64,000 nucleotides of DNA from the IMG/VR virus record IMGVR_UViG_3300042923_000569, positions 62,001 to 126,000 of that record, one strand, 5' to 3'. Both the position numbers and the translations under genes were made by a program. This document shows positions 41,001 to 50,178 of the stretch, in pieces. The notes under the pieces were generated by a model. That model was not told the DNA's origin and ran no database searches. It saw nothing but the letters and a program-made list of their open reading frames with translations. Position 1 is the first letter of the stretch. Each line of letters starts with the position of its first letter.

Positions 41001-42908
41001 ACCATGATTGGTACAAAGATTAACACGTTGGATGTGGTTGATAACCTATTAAGCTCAAGTGTTATATTCCCATTGAGTGCTAACCAAGGAAGAATATTAA
41101 GTGCAGCAATTGCTACAAAAAGCAATGCTTCTGATATTGTTGATAATCTTACAAGTACAAGTTCGGTCGTTCCATTAAGTGCTAATCAAGGACGAGTACT
41201 AAAAGGTTTCATTGATACTAAAGTCAACACATCTGATATTTTTGACGCATTAACAAGTACTTCAGCAGTATTACCGCTAAGTGCGAATCAGGGTAACGTG
41301 TTAAATGCTGCTATTGGTACTAAGTTGAATATAGCTGACATTAACGATACGTTAATAAGTACTTCAGTTATAGTTCCATTAAGTGCAAATCAAGGTAGAG
41401 TTCTAAAAGATAGTATCGATTTAAAAATCAACATAACTGATATTGTAAACACTCTTACAAGTACTAGCATTCTTAATCCATTAAGTGCGAATCAGGGTAG
41501 AGTACTTAATAATTCAATTCAGACTAAGGTTAATATTTTAGACATAGTAGATTCAGTTGTAAGTACTTCAGTAGTATTACCACTAAGTGCTAACCAAGGG
41601 CGTATTCTTAATAATGCTATTCAAACTAAGGTTAATACTTCTGATATTATAGACAATCTGCTAAGTACTTCAGGATCTGTTCCATTAAGTGCGAATCAGG
41701 GTCGCATATTAAGTGCAGCAGTGAACACGAAGGTAAACACATCTGATGTAATTGATACTTTAACCAGTTCAAGTACTGTGTTCCCATTAAGTGCTAACCA
41801 AGGGCGTATTCTTAATAATTCAGTTAATACTAAAGTTAACACGGCTGACATTGTAGATAACTTATTAAGCACTAATAGTACAGTACCATTAAGTGCCAAC
41901 CAGGGTAATGTACTAAATGCAGCAATACAATTAAAAATTAACACTTCATCTATAGTAGATGCATTAACCAGTACTTCTGCTGTTGTACCACTAAGTGCGA
42001 ATCAGGGTAACGTGTTAAATGCTGCTATTGGTACTAAACAAAATAACCTTGTTAGTGGTGTTAATATTAAAACTATTAATGGTGCTTCTGTTCTTGGCAC
42101 TGGTGATATTATTACTAATAATGATGCAAGTACAAGTATCAAAGGTGTTATTCAGTTAGCTGGGGATTTAAGCGGAACGGCTGCTTCACCAACAGTATCG
42201 AAGGTAAATGGTATTTCTATTTCTGGTACTCCTGCAACTGGAAGTGTTTTAATAGCAACAGGTACGACTGCTGCTACATGGCAAGCACAAACTTCATTTG
42301 CTGCTGCGACCACTACAACTAATGGTGCAATGAGTAGTACTGATAAAACTAAGTTAAATGCTTTAGTAACTACTAACTTTGTTGGTAGTACTTCTAGTAC
42401 TAACGGTACTTCTGGATATGTACCTGCCCCTGTAATTGCAAATAGCTATAACCATATGTTAAAAGCTAATGGTACTTGGGGTGGTATTAACAACGCAGGT
42501 AGAGTAAGTAATTACAATACAATTACTCAAAATGCCACCACCACTTTTGCTAACGTAGTAAACCCTACTGCATTAACCCTTACTGGTAATAGTTCATTAT
42601 ATACAGGTAATACTAATGGAATACAATGTTTATTAGCAGGAACATATAAGGTGACAATTACTACTCATTTAGCATCAAACGGTTCAGTATATGCTGAGGC
42701 TTCAGTTGGTGTTAATAGTGTTGCAACTGGTGCGATATATGTATCATTTGCTCCAGCAGGTTTACTAACTGGTAATGATCGAAATACTATATCATTTACT
42801 GAATTAGTTACTGTTGGTGCAGGACAAACAATTAGTTTAATGTTCCGATCAACAAATACAAACAGTACTTGTTCTGGTGCAACTATAATTGTTGAAAAAC
42901 TAGATTAA
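38088..42908 (+). CDS. Long tail-fibre-like protein (1,606 aa) with 14 x 34-aa LSANQG repeats
   Basis: N-terminal ~11-aa S/T/N-rich repeats, central tandem repeats, NIKTING.S.LG.GDI and A.T..KG.IQLAGDL fibre motifs. Confidence 0.75.
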   Translation: MHSIKTDLSVTGSSNFLKAVNVQGSAVFASTITGGNVTFHNATFNAIDAAGEITSPAISISGNINVDGNIIGSETTTATFNTLNSTDVNTNVLSTTDVISTGTISSTNIINSGSINSQSLTNTNTITTNAIESVNSSVSGILSSNTINNVNSINTKDLSSTGIVTTEILNASEISSSGEISASLFTAETELVSPLITALSLKATTIDTIEKINTKDISSTGMFESTNISNTGTINTGNIVSTGTTTVNHLISTDQINSENLVTKNISSTGIANTTDIVNTGNIGTVNLSSTGTLSSRDIVNTNSINTVDFVSTGSANITDLTASTIHSVDLIISRDISSDTIHTGDVISTGTITSADFINSGILTTNTASVQRLAANTIDVDGDLNTFGSVNTDMVNANFLTLGKTMNSAYSNNVTWVLEDTAVSPSWEGVSLDGTQVMPLSTKIFDDLNNVETLGPIGTDTIPLDSSLTSTNNRAIFSTEFISAEPYDGPLSIVISNEAKGVILTKYDTMVDLNVGDSYVLEYNTPLWVSNAETVLFKAIKEDDSVLQVKSTEDGTKPYIKSKIRTFDNSMVFNQSNMDMIVNELESMTGDDRLDVTLLKNIENYQTGTYMGPINFSAPVSQFNGAVIGSNWIAITAGTIDGINFKVGDSLVSKALNPTVTTIADSNKFIVKDNPNPFATSTTPGIVLSGHGLEVDGSGHLSTKLGSGLTFDNTFRVIADVANIDVTQLKNFNTLQKGTFRGLIPATLAGLAGAVRGDFWKASTSGTIGTQSYIPGDELYCNTDTPTTPSNLTNFTYVPQTTSAMIGATNSVAGVAGVVPSPAAGDNLKALFGDATYRPVLQPTDVVDTLLSTSQIVPLSANQGNVLNALINTKSSITDIVDNLNSNSPILPLSANQGSIIAGLLDTKINISSINDTLTSTSTVVPLSANQGNILNTLIGTKVDKADIFDTLQSTQAVKALSANQGNVLYTMIGTKINTLDVVDNLLSSSVIFPLSANQGRILSAAIATKSNASDIVDNLTSTSSVVPLSANQGRVLKGFIDTKVNTSDIFDALTSTSAVLPLSANQGNVLNAAIGTKLNIADINDTLISTSVIVPLSANQGRVLKDSIDLKINITDIVNTLTSTSILNPLSANQGRVLNNSIQTKVNILDIVDSVVSTSVVLPLSANQGRILNNAIQTKVNTSDIIDNLLSTSGSVPLSANQGRILSAAVNTKVNTSDVIDTLTSSSTVFPLSANQGRILNNSVNTKVNTADIVDNLLSTNSTVPLSANQGNVLNAAIQLKINTSSIVDALTSTSAVVPLSANQGNVLNAAIGTKQNNLVSGVNIKTINGASVLGTGDIITNNDASTSIKGVIQLAGDLSGTAASPTVSKVNGISISGTPATGSVLIATGTTAATWQAQTSFAAATTTTNGAMSSTDKTKLNALVTTNFVGSTSSTNGTSGYVPAPVIANSYNHMLKANGTWGGINNAGRVSNYNTITQNATTTFANVVNPTALTLTGNSSLYTGNTNGIQCLLAGTYKVTITTHLASNGSVYAEASVGVNSVATGAIYVSFAPAGLLTGNDRNTISFTELVTVGAGQTISLMFRSTNTNSTCSGATIIVEKLD
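40620..42040 (+). repeat. Coding tandem repeat, 14 units of 102 bp
   Basis: LSANQG codons recur every 102 bp from 40665 to 41991. Confidence 0.9.
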
Positions 42909-42915
42909 TGTAATT

Positions 42916-42984
42916 AAAAAAAGCCAGAACATGTATGTTCTGGCTTTTTCTTTATTGGTGCTTAGGGTACTACCTGGATAAATA
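42916..42984 (+). terminator. Terminator followed by late promoter TAAATA (42979-42984)
   Basis: A7-GCCAGAACA-tgta-TGTTCTGGC-T5. Confidence 0.85.
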
Positions 42985-43031
42985 CATAAAATAATGATTT
43001 GGGATAAATTCAAATCCAACGGAGGGATTAC

Positions 43032-46000
43032 ATGTATTCTATAAAAACTGATCTTGGCGTATCTGGTAATTCAACAGTCGATAAAGACTTGTTGATTAAA
43101 GGTAATGCTGTCATCGCCAACAATCTTACCGTAAATGGTACTGTTGTTTTCGCTGATGCAACCTTTACTCAGATTACTGTCAGTGGGACAGCGAATCTTA
43201 AGGATGTTAACGCTACAGGGACTGCAACTCTAAATGATGTTGAAGCTGCGGGTAACACAATTCTTGGTAATTCCGATACCAATTCTGTGACCGTAAATGC
43301 TACAAGTACTTTTAATGCACCAGTTACTATTAAAAGTGATACTTCCATTGAAGGTAATACTGTATTAGGAAGTGCTGCTACTGATACACTACAAGTTAAT
43401 GCTGATTCTACATTTACCGCACCAAGCAAATTCAACAGTGATGTTATTGTTGGTGATGCCGGAACTGATGCATTAACCGTAAATTCAGGTGCTGCCTTTA
43501 AAAATAACGTGAGTGTTGGTGAAGATTCAACCGATACTCTAAATGTAAAAAGTACTGCTAAATTTGATAATGGTGTAACCATCGGAGATACTTCTGCTGC
43601 TGCATTAGTAATTAACAGTACAACAACTATTAAAAATGATCTAACTATTGGTGATAACTCAACTGATACCGTAACAATCAACAGTGATGTTGATTTAGTT
43701 GGTAATATGGTTGCTTCAGGTGATGTTACCTTGGGTGGAAAAGTTACAGTAACTGGTGATACCAGTTTGGAATCTCTTACTGTAAATGGTATTAGCCGTT
43801 TAAAAGGTTCACTATCTTTAGATACAGGAACTACTGCTACTTTTGATAATGTAGTAATTAACGGAACCATTGGTGGTAGCTTTACTCAAGATGCTGGTAA
43901 ATTTAACACACTAACCGTAACTGGTACTTCAAGTCTTGGAAACGTTAACTTAAGTGGGAACCTTTCAGGAACTTCGAATTCATCAACATTTAATATCTAT
44001 AACGTTGCTGGTTCTGATGGTATCATCCAATTTAACTACAATGACCCAGCACGCCCAACCGATATTAAATCATCAATTGAACCTTATCAAGTAAGTTCTA
44101 ATACCGTATTCGGTAAATTAGGTGATTTCGATAGAATTACTGTTGGTGATGTAACATTCTCAACACCAGGTTTAACTGCTGCTGGCATTGCTAAGATCGA
44201 TTATCTAGATATTGTTGGTAACGCAACTACTGGTACTGGACGTTCACAATTAACGGTAGCTGGTAAAACTACTTTACATGATCTAGAAGTACTTGGTACT
44301 GTTTCTGGTATTACAGTAGATTTAACTGGTCAGGACATTGCACCAAAATCTGTAACTGCTGCTGAATTAGTTAAAGGTGCAACTTTACAATCAACTGGTA
44401 ATGCTTCTGTTGGTGGTAACCTAACAGTAACTGGTCAGACTACAACTATTAAAGATTTAGTAGTAACTGGTACAACTACTGGCGTAACAGTAACTGCAAA
44501 CGTTGACGGTTTAGATATTAAACCAAATACTGTTGTCACCACTGGTGATAGTACAGTTGGTGGTGATCTTTCAGTAACTGGTAATTACAAAACTGCATTA
44601 AAAGCAATTGCTGGTATTAACACTAACACAATAACCGTAACTGGTAATACTATTCTTGCTGGTGCAACTGCAACAAGTTTAACTGTGAGTGGTTTAACCG
44701 CATTAGCAGGTTTAACTACAACTGGTCTAACTGTAAATGGTAATGAAACTGTTTCCGGTACTTTAGGTGTAACTGGAAAGGTAACTTTATCCAACGATTT
44801 AACTGTAAATGGACAAACTACTACTGTTAAAGATTTAGTAGTAACTGGTACAACTACTGGCGTAACAGTAACAGCAAATGTCGATGGACAAGACATTAAA
44901 CCTAACACAGTTGCTACAACTGCTGGTGCAACAATTGGCACTACTTTAGCAGTAACAGGAGCATCTACTTTAGGTATTCTAACTGCTGGTGCAACAACTG
45001 TTGGTTCATTAACTACTACCGGTTCAGTAACTGCTGGCTCACTATTAAGTTCAACTATCGGAAATGGTGCAAGTGCAGTAAACTTCACATCTGATGTTAC
45101 TATGGCTAAAAATCTATCAGTAACTGGTACACTAACTGCTGGAAGCATTGATCTAAGTAGTTCAACTCTATCCGTAACTGGTGTAGATACAAGTGGTGAT
45201 GTAAACGTTGGTGGTAACTTAACTGTTGCTGGTTCGTTTGATCTAAGTACGACTGATTTGTTCGTTAAATCTGTAATTGCACAAGATAAAATAACTGTTC
45301 AGAGTGCAACTTTAGAATCTGTACTTCCAGTACTAACAAGTACTACATTGAAATCAACCACATTAAATGTTACTGGTGCAAGTACTTTAGGTACAATTAA
45401 TGCTACTAACATTACCGGAAGTGGTATATTCACTGTTGCAGGTAATTCAACACTTGCTGGTGTTTCAGCTACTTCATTAACTGTTTCTGGTGTAACTACT
45501 TTAAATGGTAATATTACTTCAGCTAACGCTACTGTGGCAATTGGTAAATCAACTGCAATCACAGGAAATCTAAGTGTTAGTGGGACATTAACTGCTGGTA
45601 TTATCGATTTAAGTACAACTGACGTAACTGTTAAATCATTAGTATCAAACGGAAATACACACGTTAAAGGTGATTTGATTGTTGATGGTGCATTTGATCT
45701 AAGTGCAACTAATCTTGCTGCTGCAAGTCTTTCAAGTACTGGAACAACTACTGTTGGTGCTGCATTAATTCTTACCGATGGTACTATTACTGGTGCTCCG
45801 AAGATTTCTGGAAACACTACAATTGGTGGTACTTTAGGTGTAACTGGTGCAACTTCACTATCTAGCCTATCTACTTCTGGAAACACTACATTAGGTGGAA
45901 CTCTAGGTGTAACTGGTGCTATTTCTAAACTTGGTGGTGGTAGTTTAACATTCAGTTCTGCTTCGGTATTCTCTGGTAACGTAACTGTTAATGGAACATT

Positions 46001-47408
46001 CACTCCTGCTGGTGGACTAAACTTAGCTGGTGCAGACATTTCTGCGAACTCATTAACTACTGCTGCTGCTGTTTCAGTTGGAACAACTTTAGGTGTAACT
46101 GGTGCTTCAACCCTAGCTGCTCTTTCAGCTACTAACGTAACTGCTAGCGGAACATTGGGTGTAACTGGTGCTTCTACTTTAGCTTCGGTATCTGCAACTA
46201 ATGTAACTGCAAGTGGTACTTTAGGTGTAACTGGTAATACAACAGTTGGTGGTATATTGACCGTTAATGGTGCAACCGCATCAATGAAAGCAACTTCTGT
46301 AACAACTATGACTGTTGGTACAGGTACTGTTGATTCTTCTAAAGTAGTAAACATATTTGGTGATTCAGTATTCAACGGCGATTTAGCTGTAACAGGTACA
46401 ATTAACGCATCAATTAACTTGTCTGGTCGTGATATTTCTCCACGTGGTGTATTTGCTTCGGCAAACATTACTGCTGGTGGTTCTATTACTGCTACTACTT
46501 CAGTTACCGCAGCAACTGCTGTAATCGGAGCATCAGGTAGTACTAATAACAACTTACAAATTAATGGTAATGCAGTAACAACTGGTGACTTCACCGTAAC
46601 TGGTAGAATTATCGGTACTCTTGACCAAACTACTTCAGATGTAACTGTAAAAAGCCTTACTACTACCGGTCTTATCAAAGCTGGTACAACATTACAAGTT
46701 CTTGGAACTTCAACTTTGGCTGCTGTTTCAGCAACAAACGTAACTGCTAGCGGTACTTTAGGTGTAACAGGTGCTTCTACACTAGCGGCTGTTTCAGCAA
46801 CTAATATAACTGCAAGTGGTACTCTAGGCGTAACAGGTAATTCTACTTTAGGTATTCTAAGTGCAGGTAATACTACACTAACTGGTACTTTGGGGGTTTC
46901 CGGTCTTGCAACATTAGCATCTGCTAACGTAACTGGTAATACAACATTAGGTAATTCTTCAACTAATACACTAACTGTTAATGCAACAAGTAATTTTGCA
47001 AATGCAGTAACTGTTAAAGATATTACTATAACTGGTACTTTAACTACTGACTTGTCTAATTTAGTAACTACTTCGTTCAAAACTGGTACTTACTATGTGG
47101 CACAACATGCAGCAGAAACTGTAAGTACTACTGCTTGGACTCCTGATGGTACTTCTAACGTTTATAACGTTACCGTTTCATCAAATACTACTATCCAGCC
47201 TATTACTGGTGCAACAACTAAAGGTGCAGGTTCATGGTTTATATATGTAACCCAAGATGCAACTGGTGGACGTACTGTAACTTGGGATTCTTCTTACAAA
47301 GTTATCGGTGGTTCAGTAAATACCACTGCCGGTTCTGTAAGTATTTGCCAAGTTGTTTATTGCGGTATCGGTTCAACATTTGATGTGTTCATCGCACAAC
47401 GCCCATAA
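43032..47408 (+). CDS. Long fibre protein (1,458 aa) with L-T-V-T-G beta-strand repeats
   Basis: Extremely T/G/V/S-rich repeats; C-terminal QDATGGRTVTW motif; followed by a DUF4376-like gene. Confidence 0.75.
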   Translation: MYSIKTDLGVSGNSTVDKDLLIKGNAVIANNLTVNGTVVFADATFTQITVSGTANLKDVNATGTATLNDVEAAGNTILGNSDTNSVTVNATSTFNAPVTIKSDTSIEGNTVLGSAATDTLQVNADSTFTAPSKFNSDVIVGDAGTDALTVNSGAAFKNNVSVGEDSTDTLNVKSTAKFDNGVTIGDTSAAALVINSTTTIKNDLTIGDNSTDTVTINSDVDLVGNMVASGDVTLGGKVTVTGDTSLESLTVNGISRLKGSLSLDTGTTATFDNVVINGTIGGSFTQDAGKFNTLTVTGTSSLGNVNLSGNLSGTSNSSTFNIYNVAGSDGIIQFNYNDPARPTDIKSSIEPYQVSSNTVFGKLGDFDRITVGDVTFSTPGLTAAGIAKIDYLDIVGNATTGTGRSQLTVAGKTTLHDLEVLGTVSGITVDLTGQDIAPKSVTAAELVKGATLQSTGNASVGGNLTVTGQTTTIKDLVVTGTTTGVTVTANVDGLDIKPNTVVTTGDSTVGGDLSVTGNYKTALKAIAGINTNTITVTGNTILAGATATSLTVSGLTALAGLTTTGLTVNGNETVSGTLGVTGKVTLSNDLTVNGQTTTVKDLVVTGTTTGVTVTANVDGQDIKPNTVATTAGATIGTTLAVTGASTLGILTAGATTVGSLTTTGSVTAGSLLSSTIGNGASAVNFTSDVTMAKNLSVTGTLTAGSIDLSSSTLSVTGVDTSGDVNVGGNLTVAGSFDLSTTDLFVKSVIAQDKITVQSATLESVLPVLTSTTLKSTTLNVTGASTLGTINATNITGSGIFTVAGNSTLAGVSATSLTVSGVTTLNGNITSANATVAIGKSTAITGNLSVSGTLTAGIIDLSTTDVTVKSLVSNGNTHVKGDLIVDGAFDLSATNLAAASLSSTGTTTVGAALILTDGTITGAPKISGNTTIGGTLGVTGATSLSSLSTSGNTTLGGTLGVTGAISKLGGGSLTFSSASVFSGNVTVNGTFTPAGGLNLAGADISANSLTTAAAVSVGTTLGVTGASTLAALSATNVTASGTLGVTGASTLASVSATNVTASGTLGVTGNTTVGGILTVNGATASMKATSVTTMTVGTGTVDSSKVVNIFGDSVFNGDLAVTGTINASINLSGRDISPRGVFASANITAGGSITATTSVTAATAVIGASGSTNNNLQINGNAVTTGDFTVTGRIIGTLDQTTSDVTVKSLTTTGLIKAGTTLQVLGTSTLAAVSATNVTASGTLGVTGASTLAAVSATNITASGTLGVTGNSTLGILSAGNTTLTGTLGVSGLATLASANVTGNTTLGNSSTNTLTVNATSNFANAVTVKDITITGTLTTDLSNLVTTSFKTGTYYVAQHAAETVSTTAWTPDGTSNVYNVTVSSNTTIQPITGATTKGAGSWFIYVTQDATGGRTVTWDSSYKVIGGSVNTTAGSVSICQVVYCGIGSTFDVFIAQRP

Positions 47409-47421
47409 TAGGAGATAAACG

Positions 47422-48057
47422 ATGGTTTACTTGTCAGTAGTAAAAAATGGGAATAATTGGGTGATTCTTAAAACAATCACCAATACCATTAACGTTCGTG
47501 GTAACAAAACAGGAAATACATACGGTGATATCTCGGTCTTAGACCTTGATACCCGCCGTGCTGAAGGATTCTGGACTCAAGAAGATAAGTATGTTAATAC
47601 TGGTGAATTTATGATTTTCAAAGAGAAAACTGTAGAGTTTTCTGAAGAAAATGCGGTAGTTACCAATACATACATTTATGAATTAATGCCGTTGGATGAT
47701 ATTAGAATGGACCTTATCAATAGAGTCGATTCAATGCGTGAGAATTTATATTACGCTGGATTTACATTCCAAGATAAAAAGTTTAATTCTGGTTTATCAA
47801 ATCGTAGTAATATTCAGTTAATGCTTTTAAATGCAATTTCTGATGAAGCAAATTTTCCAGCTAATTTAGTTTGGGAAACCGTTGACGGAGAACAAATCCC
47901 TATGGATTTGGTAACTTTCAAGGCATTTGCAAATCAACTTGCAGTTTGGACACGTAATCTGTTTATTGAAGCACGTAGTATTAAAGTTGCTATTAATGCA
48001 GCAACTACCTATGAAGATCTGCGTTCAGCAGCTTCATGGGATGGTGTATCTTTATAA
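47422..48057 (+). CDS. Tail fibre assembly-associated protein (DUF4376-like C-terminus)
   Basis: R......GF.F....F.S....R.NI...W.T.D.....M pattern; directly downstream of a fibre gene. Confidence 0.6.
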   Translation: MVYLSVVKNGNNWVILKTITNTINVRGNKTGNTYGDISVLDLDTRRAEGFWTQEDKYVNTGEFMIFKEKTVEFSEENAVVTNTYIYELMPLDDIRMDLINRVDSMRENLYYAGFTFQDKKFNSGLSNRSNIQLMLLNAISDEANFPANLVWETVDGEQIPMDLVTFKAFANQLAVWTRNLFIEARSIKVAINAATTYEDLRSAASWDGVSL

Positions 48058-48065
48058 TTAGAAAC

Positions 48066-48094
48066 AAAAAGCCGACTTTTGTCGGCTTTTTTTT
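48066..48094 (+). terminator. Rho-independent terminator (late TAAATA follows at 48130-48135)
   Basis: A5-GCCGAC-tttt-GTCGGC-T8. Confidence 0.9.
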
Positions 48095-48183
48095 GTCTAC
48101 GTAGAGCATGTTTTTTGGCTTTCATGAGGTAAATACCTAGTATATTAATAATATACAATTAACATATCGTGAAAGGATAATGT

Positions 48184-50097
48184 ATGTCAAATTTAAATAA
48201 CAACTTTCAAGTATCAGGCACCCTAAACATTAGTGGTATTATTCCTGATATTCAACTTAGTTCTGCTGAAAAAAATATTCTAATCAAAAAAGAAGATGGT
48301 TATTATGTCAAACAGCCAGATACAGTATTACCAGACTTAAGTGTTTTCAAGACCAGCATCGATAATGCCACTTCAATGGCATCAACTGCACTCGCTGCTT
48401 CATATACCGTAGAATCAATTACTGACTTAAAAGCAATTGAACCTTCTACATCCTCTATTACACACATTCGTGTCAAATCATATTTTAAAGATAAAAACGT
48501 TGGTGGTGGATATTTCTACTACGATTCTGCTGACCGTTCAACTGCAAGTGATGGCAGTACTGTCATTGTTACAGCTAAAGGTGCACGCTGGAAACGCGTT
48601 ATTGAAGACCAAAATATGTTAAACGTTACACACTTTGGTGCTCTACCAGATGGTGCAACAGATTGTACAGATTCATGTATTGCTATGTACAAATGGTCAC
48701 AAAAATATAATGCTAGACTTGGAATTCAATTCCCTGCTGGTACATTTAAATTAAACGGTTTTGATATATCTGCTAGTAATACCTCAACTTTCAGAATGGT
48801 AGGTGCAATGGTATCTTATGGATATTTCCCAGCTACAACACTAGTTTCTGATAGAACTTCTGGACCTATGGTTAAAGTAAAAGCACGTTGGTCTGAAGTA
48901 GCTAACTTTTTTGTAGATGGCGAAACTGATAAAGCTGACAATACTAAAGGTTTCTTCGAAAACATTGGTATTGAAGGTCAATTCGTTCGTATGGGTAACC
49001 TTCGTTTCAAAAATGTGGGTGGTTTATGTATTAGCCTAATCGATACACTTGATACCAAAATTGACCAATTCTACGCAAGTAATTGTTCAGGTGGTGTTAT
49101 CCGTGCAACTTGGTCAGGTTCTAAAACTGGTTCATGGGATCATACTACTGCATGTGAACTAAGTAACTTCAATATCCAAAACTGTAAAAGTGATATTCAG
49201 GTTCTTGATATGCAACGTTGTACTCAATCATTTATCTATAACGGATGGATTGAGAAAACTACTAACCCAGGCGACCTATCAAATGGTGGATGGATTATTG
49301 ATGGACTAAGTATGGAAGATTGTTTAAATCCATTAAACATGACTTTCTGTAAATTCATCATGAAACAAAAGAACTTCCAAGGTACTTCAGCTATTACTAC
49401 AACCGACCCAACTAAAACCCGCTGGTTATCAATTTGGGAAGATGGTAGTACTGAAATGAAACACAATGCTTTTAGAAGTACCGGTTCAATGAACTATGGT
49501 TTCTTAACTTCTGAAAACCGTTTCTCAAATAACTCAGCAACCTCTGGTTGGGTTAAAGTAGGTTCAGTATTTGTTCCTAATGATGGTGATACTGTTAATA
49601 TTCGTATTCTTGGTTCACTTGGTTTCTCATCTTCGATGAATACCAATGAAGTAGGAAATGGTCGTCATGGTAACGGTGAAGCTACTATCAGGATTCAAAA
49701 GAAATCAAGTGCAATTGGTATGACATGGGAAGGTCAAGGTTCTTGTGCAGTTCAGGATGTTATGTATGTAAGTACTAAAACTGATTGTACTGTATATGTT
49801 AAGCTCGGCCCATATGTTATGAACTCGGTCGCTATCATTGAAACTTCTGCAAAAGACCGTTTCTATGCTGGTGTATGTTTCCGCTGGACGTTTGACGGTT
49901 CTAAAATGGCAGAAGCTGATGTATTAGCTACTCCAGGAATTGTACAAGCTCTAGGTCAGGCATCATGGAGTGCGGGTAATAACGGCATCGTATTAAGTGC
50001 TGATGGTTCAATTGGTATTAAAACTTTACCAATCGAAAATAACCAACTACCACTTTATATTAATGGTGTATTATACAAAATCGCATTAACTAAATAA
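48184..50097 (+). CDS. Tailspike / exopolysaccharide depolymerase-like protein (parallel beta-helix)
   Basis: GGGYFYYD...DGSTVI...GARWKR tailspike N-domain, NVTHFGALPDGATDCT and FPAGTF pectate-lyase-like start, beta-helix repeats. Confidence 0.7.
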   Translation: MSNLNNNFQVSGTLNISGIIPDIQLSSAEKNILIKKEDGYYVKQPDTVLPDLSVFKTSIDNATSMASTALAASYTVESITDLKAIEPSTSSITHIRVKSYFKDKNVGGGYFYYDSADRSTASDGSTVIVTAKGARWKRVIEDQNMLNVTHFGALPDGATDCTDSCIAMYKWSQKYNARLGIQFPAGTFKLNGFDISASNTSTFRMVGAMVSYGYFPATTLVSDRTSGPMVKVKARWSEVANFFVDGETDKADNTKGFFENIGIEGQFVRMGNLRFKNVGGLCISLIDTLDTKIDQFYASNCSGGVIRATWSGSKTGSWDHTTACELSNFNIQNCKSDIQVLDMQRCTQSFIYNGWIEKTTNPGDLSNGGWIIDGLSMEDCLNPLNMTFCKFIMKQKNFQGTSAITTTDPTKTRWLSIWEDGSTEMKHNAFRSTGSMNYGFLTSENRFSNNSATSGWVKVGSVFVPNDGDTVNIRILGSLGFSSSMNTNEVGNGRHGNGEATIRIQKKSSAIGMTWEGQGSCAVQDVMYVSTKTDCTVYVKLGPYVMNSVAIIETSAKDRFYAGVCFRWTFDGSKMAEADVLATPGIVQALGQASWSAGNNGIVLSADGSIGIKTLPIENNQLPLYINGVLYKIALTK

Positions 50098-50100
50098 ATT

Positions 50101-50147
50101 AAAGGCCAATCGCAAGATTGGCTTTTTTATTTTAACCCCAATAAATA
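50101..50147 (+). terminator. Terminator followed by late promoter TAAATA (50142-50147)
   Basis: GCCAATC-gcaa-GATTGGC-T6. Confidence 0.85.
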
Positions 50148-50178
50148 CTTGATATAACCATTATATAAGGATATTTTA

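Noticed and set aside
40620-42040. Regularly spaced repeats resembling a CRISPR array
   Set aside because: The period is 102 bp and in frame, the 'spacers' are homologous to one another with synonymous variation, and no cas genes are present. It is a protein repeat.
45299-47080. 593-aa antisense ORF (also 43169-43870, 44585-45148, 37985-38803 and 50760-51533)
   Set aside because: Shadow ORFs. The T/G/V-rich fibre genes use codons whose reverse complements rarely form stops; no RBS or promoter is evident and the composition mirrors the sense gene.
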